From Promethearchaeota archaeon (GTDB lineage Archaea > Asgardarchaeota > Thorarchaeia > Thorarchaeales > Thorarchaeaceae): DNA of 32,569 bases. The number at the start of each line of letters is the position of its first letter. Position 1 is the first letter of the stretch. A program made the position numbers and the translations under genes. Below, one piece after another: positions 25,886 to 32,569 of the stretch. The stretch spans positions 1-32,569 of the forward strand of contig JBHLPB010000003.1 of NCBI GenBank assembly GCA_048939905.1, written 5' to 3'. The notes below the pieces were generated by a model. It saw only the letters and a program-made list of their open reading frames with translations. It made no database searches and was not told the origin of the DNA.

Positions 25886-27153
25886 TTCTGGAGCAGTTTG
25901 AAGACATGATGGACAGCTGTGTCCGGTGTTCCAAGTGCAAGTACATTCCACAGATAGCAATCAAGAGCCAGAGGTTCTCACACATCTGTCCTTCAGTCCA
26001 ATACTACAACTTCCATGCGTATTCGGGCGGCGGTAGGATGATAATGGCAAACGCCTACCACAAAGGCAGACTCAAATGGACTCCTGAGATGCTTGACATT
26101 CTGTATCAATGCACGAACTGCGGAGGATGTGAGGTTTCCTGTAAATGGGTCTATGATCTTGAGCCAAACGAAGTCATTCACGAACTGAGAGCCATCGCTG
26201 TTGAATCCGGCGTAGGACCGATGCCCAAGCACAAGAAGTACATTGAGCTCGTGGAACGTTACAACAACCCCTACGGGGAACCACGAGAAAGGAGGCCTGC
26301 CTGGCTCACTGAAGACGTCCGTGTGGATAAGGATTCGTCAACTCTATACTTCGTAGGATGCACCGCGGCCTACCGCAGAGAAGAGATTGCTCTGAGTACT
26401 GCTCGAGTGCTTAATGCAGCCAACGAGAGTTTCAGCCTACTAGAGTCAGACGAACTATGCTGTGGAAGTCCTGTCTATCGTGTTGGCGATCGGAATAGGG
26501 CAATCGAGATTATGAAACGCAACCTTGAGCTCTTCCTGGAGAAGGGCGTGCGGAGAATCATAACGAGTTGCTCTGGTTGTTACAACATGCTGAAGACGGA
26601 ATACCCTCGGTTTGTCAACACGGACTTTGAGGTGATTCATACTTCACAACTTATAGACGGACTTCTCAAAGAGGGAAGGCTGAAGCCAAAGAAGGAAATC
26701 GCGCTCAAAGTCACATATCACGACCCCTGTCACCTGGGACGAATGTCTGAACCCTATGAGGCCTACGAGGGAGAACAGTTCGAACTGCTGTCTCAGGTCT
26801 TTGTATGGGACCCTCCGAAACCCCCCAGGCAGGGCACAAATGGAGTCTATGATGCCCCCCGGAATGTTCTGAAACAGCTCCCAGGAGTAGAACTTGTTGA
26901 GATGGAGAGGATTCGAGAATACTCCTACTGCTGCGGTGCAGGAGCTGGATGCAAGTCCGCATATCCAGACTTCGCACTCTTTGCTTCAAACCAACGCGTA
27001 GATGAGGCGGAAGCGACGGGAGCTCAAGCTATGGTCTCAGCTTGCCCGTTTTGCAAGACCAGTCTAGTGGATGCATTGGAAACCAGAGAGAATCCGATGG
27101 ACTTCTTCGACGTGACTGAGCTTGTCCTGAGAAGTCTGGAGGGAGGTGAGTAG
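25882..27153 (+). CDS. Fe-S oxidoreductase with two CCG domains (HdrD/GlcF/GlpC-like)
   Basis: CVRCSKC...CP, CTNCGGCEVSC, YFVGC, ELCCG, TSCSGC, YHDPCHLGR, CCGAGAG, SACPFC. Confidence 0.93.
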   Translation: MILEQFEDMMDSCVRCSKCKYIPQIAIKSQRFSHICPSVQYYNFHAYSGGGRMIMANAYHKGRLKWTPEMLDILYQCTNCGGCEVSCKWVYDLEPNEVIHELRAIAVESGVGPMPKHKKYIELVERYNNPYGEPRERRPAWLTEDVRVDKDSSTLYFVGCTAAYRREEIALSTARVLNAANESFSLLESDELCCGSPVYRVGDRNRAIEIMKRNLELFLEKGVRRIITSCSGCYNMLKTEYPRFVNTDFEVIHTSQLIDGLLKEGRLKPKKEIALKVTYHDPCHLGRMSEPYEAYEGEQFELLSQVFVWDPPKPPRQGTNGVYDAPRNVLKQLPGVELVEMERIREYSYCCGAGAGCKSAYPDFALFASNQRVDEAEATGAQAMVSACPFCKTSLVDALETRENPMDFFDVTELVLRSLEGGE

Positions 27154-28737
27154 ATGTTGGAAGACGACGTCTACCATAAGCTCCGTGTTGTGGTCGGAGA
27201 ACAATACATCACAAGGACTCCCGCAATCCTGGACACCTACGCGTTCCAATGGTGCTACGAGATTGAGAGCGTCCAGAGAGGGGAGGAGCCTTCAAGGTTC
27301 GGTATAAGGCCAGCAGCGGTTGTTCTGCCTCATACTACAGAGGAAGTTCAGTCAATTGTTAGAGTCTGCAATGAGCATGATGTGAAGTTCAAACCAATTA
27401 GCACTGGCATGGGACCATGGGCTGGGGTTTCAAATCCTAGGTCAATCCAGATTGACCTTCGGAGAATGAATAGAATCGTTGAGATTGATTCCAAGAACAT
27501 GTATGCGGTCATCGAACCATACGTCACAAATGCTGAGCTACAGGCGGAGCTATTCAGGTATGGTCTAATGCATCACGCACAGGGAGCGGGGCCACAGACC
27601 TCTCCATTAGCAAGTCACACGTCATTTGTGGGACCTGGATTCACTTCGCCGTACACTGGGTTCAGCGGGCGCAACCTGCTTGGTGTGGAGTGGGTGCTGC
27701 CCAATGGCAAACTGCTCAAGGTTGGTTCTTTCGAGTATACAGGTAAGTGGTTTAGTGCAGATGGTCCCGGATTCAGCATGCGAGGCGTTATTCGTGGATG
27801 GATGGGTGCCTACGGTGGTCTTGGAGTGTTCACAAAGGCGGCTATCAAGCTCTATTCTTGGCCTGCTCCAAAGGACTGGACTTGGGAGATTGGTGGGACA
27901 ATCCCCCATTATGAGTGGAACGTACCACGATACTGGAGGATGTTCGTGCTCAACTTCCCTGAGTGGGAGCAGTTTGAACCGGCTTTCTATGAGGTCAATG
28001 ATCATGACGCTGTCATGATGGCAAGCTGCTCTTCAGGCGAGGGGCTTGCCGCACTGCTCACCGACACCAAGCTGGAGGCAATTGAGGCCATATTTGGAGG
28101 TTTGACCAACGTCGCGAGGAGGTACTTTTTGGTCCTAGTTACAGCACACACAGAACGTGAGTTCAATTACCGGACCAAACTCATCCAAGCCATAATGGAG
28201 AAACATGGAGGAAACGATCTCATTCAAGACGAAGTAGTCGTGCCCAGAAGCTCCCATTACGCCGAGTCTGTGAGGAACATGTTGGGATGTCATGCGTTCA
28301 GATTCTCCAATTGTTTCCAGAGTACTCACGGAGGAATGGACTCCATCGCCTTGGCTGTAAGAATTGCGAAAGTGAACCAGCCCATAAAGGCGAAGTACAT
28401 AGAGAAGGGGGTCATTGGTGATGACAGAGGAGAAGGAGTCTGGACCACTGCCTATGAAGGGGGTCACACGGCGCACCTCGAAGTACCTACAGTCTACAAC
28501 GCTGCATCTAAGGAATCGTGCAGAGGATATGCAGAGTATCAAGACGAATGCAACGAGGTTGACCTGCAGCAAGCCCTGGGCATGCCTTTCTTCATTGTGG
28601 GCGATGCAGTTCACGACTATTACGGGCCCCGTACAATGTACTACCCCAAATGGCTAAGGAAAATCAAAGCAACATTCGACCCGAAAGGTGTAGGAGACTC
28701 AAGTCACTACATCTCTGCGAAACTAGACGAGGAATAG
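27154..28737 (+). CDS. FAD-binding oxidoreductase, VAO/PCMH family, subunit 2
   Basis: PAAVVLPHTTEEV, PISTGMG, IDLRRMNRI, VIEPYVT, LGVEWVLPNG, GGLGVFTK, IKATFDPKG; own RBS GGAGGTGA. Confidence 0.88.
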   Translation: MLEDDVYHKLRVVVGEQYITRTPAILDTYAFQWCYEIESVQRGEEPSRFGIRPAAVVLPHTTEEVQSIVRVCNEHDVKFKPISTGMGPWAGVSNPRSIQIDLRRMNRIVEIDSKNMYAVIEPYVTNAELQAELFRYGLMHHAQGAGPQTSPLASHTSFVGPGFTSPYTGFSGRNLLGVEWVLPNGKLLKVGSFEYTGKWFSADGPGFSMRGVIRGWMGAYGGLGVFTKAAIKLYSWPAPKDWTWEIGGTIPHYEWNVPRYWRMFVLNFPEWEQFEPAFYEVNDHDAVMMASCSSGEGLAALLTDTKLEAIEAIFGGLTNVARRYFLVLVTAHTEREFNYRTKLIQAIMEKHGGNDLIQDEVVVPRSSHYAESVRNMLGCHAFRFSNCFQSTHGGMDSIALAVRIAKVNQPIKAKYIEKGVIGDDRGEGVWTTAYEGGHTAHLEVPTVYNAASKESCRGYAEYQDECNEVDLQQALGMPFFIVGDAVHDYYGPRTMYYPKWLRKIKATFDPKGVGDSSHYISAKLDEE

Positions 28738-28740
28738 AGC

Positions 28741-29820
28741 ATGGAAACAACGATTAGCCCAAAAGTCAAGGAGGGTTGGACCGGACCTGGAAGACGTGAC
28801 GGAACGATAGTTCCGCTGAAGCCTGAAGATGATGCTCTCCACATTGAGGTGGGAAAAAAGAACCAGTTTGAATGGTGGTACTTTGATGCCCATCTCGAAG
28901 GAGGATACACACTGGTGGCATTCTTCTATGCTGCATATCCAAATCCTGGACTTGACCAAGGAAAGACTGCAGTTGAGTTGACACTTCTAAGACCAGATGG
29001 ACGCAAGACTCAGAAAGTGGTCAAGTACAAAAAACGAGACCTCTATGCTTCACGAGAGAAACCTGATGTCAGAATTGGCAATAACTACATGGAGGCGGAA
29101 TTCTCCGATGACGGTCTCTCAATCTATGAGATATTCTTGGAGGATGAGGATCTCATGTTCCATCTGACCTACAAGGCGCAAGTAAAGGGTTGGAAACCTG
29201 GTACCGGCTATTCGCATTTTGCAGACAGGGGTCATTTCGCATGGGTGGTCCCTTTTCCAAGAGCCTCGGTTGAGGGAACTGTAAGAGATGGAGATATGAC
29301 AATGTCGGTAACAGGAGTGGGATATCATGATCACAATTGGTTGAACTTCCCATTCCAGAATATCATTGAGTACTGGATGTGGGGCAGAGTCTACTCTGAG
29401 AGCTTCACAGTTTCATATGCTTTCATTCAATGCAACGACAAGGTGGACCGACACGCGGTGAAGGTCTTGATGTTGGCGAAGGGGGAGGATGTTATTCTAA
29501 GCAGTGGAGAATATGATCTGACTGTGGAGAACTTCGAGTATGATGATAGAGCAGGTCACCAATTCCCCAAGACTCTAACACTCACAGATCCAGGCAACCT
29601 CAAAGTAACACTAGAAGTCCAGAGAGTCTTGGAAGCTGAGAACATGCTTGATAACTTCAACGTCTTTCTCAGGTTTGTTGCGGGAAAAATCCTAAGATTG
29701 AAGCCGGGTTATTTCAGGCTGCTCTCGGACTTCAAGATTAGAGCGACACTAGAAGGACAGACGCATGAAGAGGTTGGTACAACATTACATGAGATTGTTG
29801 CCTTCAAGGCGATTGAGTAG
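28741..29820 (+). CDS. CrtC/AttH/tocopherol-cyclase-like (lipocalin-like double beta-barrel) protein
   Basis: FEWWYFDA, FAWVVPFPRA-x-V-x-G, G-x-GYHDHNW and W-x-WGR motifs. Confidence 0.8.
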   Translation: METTISPKVKEGWTGPGRRDGTIVPLKPEDDALHIEVGKKNQFEWWYFDAHLEGGYTLVAFFYAAYPNPGLDQGKTAVELTLLRPDGRKTQKVVKYKKRDLYASREKPDVRIGNNYMEAEFSDDGLSIYEIFLEDEDLMFHLTYKAQVKGWKPGTGYSHFADRGHFAWVVPFPRASVEGTVRDGDMTMSVTGVGYHDHNWLNFPFQNIIEYWMWGRVYSESFTVSYAFIQCNDKVDRHAVKVLMLAKGEDVILSSGEYDLTVENFEYDDRAGHQFPKTLTLTDPGNLKVTLEVQRVLEAENMLDNFNVFLRFVAGKILRLKPGYFRLLSDFKIRATLEGQTHEEVGTTLHEIVAFKAIE

Positions 29821-29838
29821 TGGGCCACGTGATGAGCA

Positions 29839-30519
29839 ATGAGTTCGATTGAGAGATTGAAAACGGTGATTGACGAGCGGCACTTTCCACTATGGGGCAT
29901 AGTCGGATCACTTGTGGGGCTCGTATTCATTCTGGGGGCTCAGATTCCCTACTCTGGAAGATATGGCGAGCCATTCTCGATGCTGAACCATTTCGTGTCG
30001 GAGCTCGGTGAGATTGGAGTTTCAGAGTTCGCATTCCTGTTCAATTCAGGGATGATCCTTGCCGGGCTAGTCTTCATGCCATTCATGATCGGGCTAGGCC
30101 TCTATATGGACAACATCGTTTCAAAGATTGCAGGTGTGGTGGGAGTCTTCTCCGCTGTATCGATATTTCTCGTGGGGATATTCCCCATGAACTACCTGGC
30201 CGAACATAGCATGGCTGCCATGTCGTTCTTCTTCAGTGGCATGATCATGGTAGGGCTCTGGACCTTAGCCATATTGCTACAGAATCAGGTGAAGATACCC
30301 AAAGGTTTCTCCTTGGGAGGAGTGGTCAATTTCGTTATCTTCTTCCTATTCCTCTATGGTCCGTGGGAGTCAGTAGAAGACCTCTCCACTCGTCCTGATC
30401 TCTGGATGGTGCCAACTCTTGAATGGGGCATCTACTTTGCCATAGTCGGGTTCCTGCTAGCATTGTCTGTCTTTGTCTGGAACAAGGAATCCCGTGTCAG
30501 CGGCATTCGGAACGCCTAG
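29839..30519 (+). CDS. DUF998-like membrane protein
   Basis: About 6 TM helices; NHFVSELG, FNSG, VGIFP and H-x-x-x-A motifs. Confidence 0.75.
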   Translation: MSSIERLKTVIDERHFPLWGIVGSLVGLVFILGAQIPYSGRYGEPFSMLNHFVSELGEIGVSEFAFLFNSGMILAGLVFMPFMIGLGLYMDNIVSKIAGVVGVFSAVSIFLVGIFPMNYLAEHSMAAMSFFFSGMIMVGLWTLAILLQNQVKIPKGFSLGGVVNFVIFFLFLYGPWESVEDLSTRPDLWMVPTLEWGIYFAIVGFLLALSVFVWNKESRVSGIRNA

Positions 30520-30534
30520 TAGGACATAGAAAGA

Positions 30535-30828
30535 CTACGGTAAATCTCCAGCCAGCTTCACGGCCTCTTCCGTAGATATCGCCAGCAACGTTTCAGTCCT
30601 GTTTCCTCCGCCTGCCGCAAAAGCGAACAGCGTCTTCATTGCAACTTCAACGCTTGGAGCCTCAACTATTGTGACCCAATCATAGCGACCCATGGTGAAA
30701 TAGCTATCAATGATCTTAACATCCATGTCCTTTGCCAGTTTCTGAGTGTCTTCTAGTCCCTTAGCCAAGTCCTTTATACCTTTGATTCCTTCCTGCGTCA
30801 TATTCCCGAGTACTACAAATCTGGGCAT
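30535..30828 (-). CDS. GYD-domain protein
   Basis: 97 aa; T-x-EG-x-K, YFTMGRYD, RTETL; RBS GGAGGTGA at 30833-30840 on the minus strand. Confidence 0.88.
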   Translation of the reverse strand: MPRFVVLGNMTQEGIKGIKDLAKGLEDTQKLAKDMDVKIIDSYFTMGRYDWVTIVEAPSVEVAMKTLFAFAAGGGNRTETLLAISTEEAVKLAGDLP

Positions 30829-30913
30829 TCTATCACCTCCTCTGGGACATAATGGACTCGTCTAATACCTGAACTTCCTATTAAGCCTAATCAGGAACTG
30901 AATGGGGGTAGAA

Positions 30914-32569
30914 TCACTCCAGGTACAATGAAACGCGGCCGGGCAGCGCAAAGCGTGCCTTGTTGTCAGGGTCGTAGTCGGCCTTTGCAGAATCATGGAT
31001 GTAGACTTTCATATCAACTTCGGATTCGATATACTTCGCTGATTCCCGCATTGCAGCTAGCTCATCCTTGGCACTATGTGAGTGATCCCACAGACCGTTC
31101 TCCTTAGCAATTCTATCTACTATGTTCTTCACGTCCTTGCCATGCTTCCGGAAATCAGTATTTGACATCAGGTACTTCATGATTTCTCCGACTATTAGCC
31201 GCATATCTGCCTCACGGATACTATTCATTGCATCAAACATCCACTGAGGAGCCACATAGATGTGAACCTTCTCTGCCTTCTTACCCTTCAGGAGTTTCTT
31301 TATTTCACGAATGTCACGCATTGTAGAGTCCACTACTTGAAATGCCTGTTCAGCAGATTTGTCGATTAACTTCTTGTCGGCATCAGGCCAGTCTGCAAAC
31401 GAGACAAAGCCGTCACGCTTCATCTTAGACCAGAACTCCTCACAAAGATGTGGAATCATGGGTGCAGCTATTCGCACCCAGATGTCACAAACATAGGCCA
31501 TTGTACCGTCTTTCTCATCCTTCGGGACCTCGGGACGCTTCAGGTAGTGATTGGCTGAACGAATCATCTCAGACGTCACTCCAAGAGCATAATCTCTTGG
31601 TTTGAAGCTGTCCAAGTAGTCCGTGCAAGACTCAACGACTGAATTGACCTTGGAGAGTAGCCACTTCGTCGCGAATGTGGGATTCTCCTTCTTGGTGTAC
31701 ACCTTTGGAGTCTTTGACGCAAACCTCTTCATGATATTCGAGAACTGGTTCAGTTTGTTGCGCACCGCTGGAACTTCACTCTCGCGATACTCTATCTGGC
31801 TTGCTGGTTCTGCGGCCGACACTACGTAGGTACGATAGACGTCAGCACTGTACTTCTCTGGAATCTCACCAAGTGGTATTACATTCCCCTTACTCTTCGA
31901 CATCTTCCCTCCTTCTTGGATCAGGTGTTCATTCAGACTTATGCATCGTATCCAGTGTTTCTTGGGGAATATTGCCGTATGGTGAAAGATTGCGAAGCTC
32001 AGATGATTCGAGATATGTGATGGCGAAGTATGCCTCTGATCGTTCGGATACCAGTAAAGGAACTCCTCTCGCATTGATTTCAGCAGATCTGTAGGAACTT
32101 CCGTTTCAGCGGCCACCTTCTTAATCTTCCCTTGGCCCAGAAACACATAGTCGAAGAAGCTCAGCGTCAGCTGCTCTGGTTTCAGTTTGTTTTGGGTTAT
32201 CTTGTGGGCAATAGTATAGAAGGCCATGTAGATGGTTGAATCAGAGAGAGCCTCTATTATCCATTCGGAATCGAAAGGTAAAGGTGTCCCAATTCCTCTC
32301 TTCCGTGCACATGGTCTTTGAGCCAACCAGTCAAACGTGGACTCAAACATGATTCGAAAGCTTTCAGGAACTATTCCCATTGAATTCAATGCGTCTCGGG
32401 CCATGTCCTTCCATCCTGGACTCTCATAGTCCAAGAACCATTGACCTGCCAAGACCGCGATTTGAACGTCAGTATCGCATTTGCAGACCACCGGTCGTTG
32501 ATCGGGTTCGTAGAACACATCACCACGATTTTGCTCCTCCAACCATGCGATGACATCATCCTTAACTTC
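30914..32569 (-). CDS. leuS: Leucyl-tRNA synthetase, archaeal type (C-terminal ~551 aa; 5' end outside the window)
   Basis: Frame open from the window edge (EVKDDVIAWLEEQ...); QWFLDY, CARKRGIGTPLP, IEALSDSTIYMAFYT, YWYP, NHL, KMSKSKGN, APMIPHLCEEFW, KARFALPG. Confidence 0.95.
   Translation of the reverse strand, partial: EVKDDVIAWLEEQNRGDVFYEPDQRPVVCKCDTDVQIAVLAGQWFLDYESPGWKDMARDALNSMGIVPESFRIMFESTFDWLAQRPCARKRGIGTPLPFDSEWIIEALSDSTIYMAFYTIAHKITQNKLKPEQLTLSFFDYVFLGQGKIKKVAAETEVPTDLLKSMREEFLYWYPNDQRHTSPSHISNHLSFAIFHHTAIFPKKHWIRCISLNEHLIQEGGKMSKSKGNVIPLGEIPEKYSADVYRTYVVSAAEPASQIEYRESEVPAVRNKLNQFSNIMKRFASKTPKVYTKKENPTFATKWLLSKVNSVVESCTDYLDSFKPRDYALGVTSEMIRSANHYLKRPEVPKDEKDGTMAYVCDIWVRIAAPMIPHLCEEFWSKMKRDGFVSFADWPDADKKLIDKSAEQAFQVVDSTMRDIREIKKLLKGKKAEKVHIYVAPQWMFDAMNSIREADMRLIVGEIMKYLMSNTDFRKHGKDVKNIVDRIAKENGLWDHSHSAKDELAAMRESAKYIESEVDMKVYIHDSAKADYDPDNKARFALPGRVSLYLE

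Noticed and set aside
27151-28743. CCG protein, second flavoprotein and CrtC-like gene share one frame separated only by TAG codons (pyrrolysine-type readthrough?)
   Set aside because: Each protein is complete on its own, GGAGGTGA precedes ATG 27154, no pyl genes are in the window, and same-frame neighbours occur often by chance.
30868-30896. CCTGA...TCAGG inverted repeat between the GYD gene and leuS
   Set aside because: Only 5 bp with a long spacer; not distinguishable from chance.
1-32569. CRISPR arrays, tRNA/rRNA genes, transposases, integrases and eukaryotic-signature proteins
   Set aside because: No regularly spaced repeats, cloverleaf-like segments or mobile-element motifs seen; intergenic spaces are short, and the ubiquitin-like protein is of the ordinary MoaD/SAMP type.

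Overview
Gene-dense archaeal chromosomal segment with no rRNA, tRNA, CRISPR array or mobile element that I can support. Archaeal origin rests on an archaeal-type LeuRS, tungsten AOR-family enzymes, a SAMP/MoaD protein and GGAGGTGA-type RBSs; an Asgard lineage such as Thorarchaeia is plausible but is inference. Left to right: a GT-C (GT87-like) plus GT2 glycosylation pair, hypC, a PflX-type radical SAM protein, then a ~17 kb region with a catalytically degenerate YgeW-like carbamoyltransferase, an ABC-2 exporter, a purine-deaminase-type amidohydrolase, a multi-PAS histidine kinase and two tungsten aldehyde:ferredoxin oxidoreductase operons. One AOR operon carries a PreA/DHODH-like flavoprotein that lacks the catalytic Cys; the other carries a SAMP and an allantoinase-like hydrolase and ends in a TGA-interrupted ATC-hydrolase-like gene. 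Next is a PadR-led 8-gene operon (FixC/FixX-like pair, two VAO/PCMH-family flavoproteins flanking a CCG-domain Fe-S protein, a CrtC/Diels-Alderase-fold protein, DUF998) preceded by a triple operator-like palindrome, followed by a GYD protein and the 3' part of leuS. The best candidates for undescribed systems are (i) tungstoenzyme-coupled anaerobic nucleobase/N-heterocycle catabolism and (ii) the PadR flavoprotein operon acting on an aromatic or isoprenoid compound. All family calls come from motif recognition by eye, without database searches.
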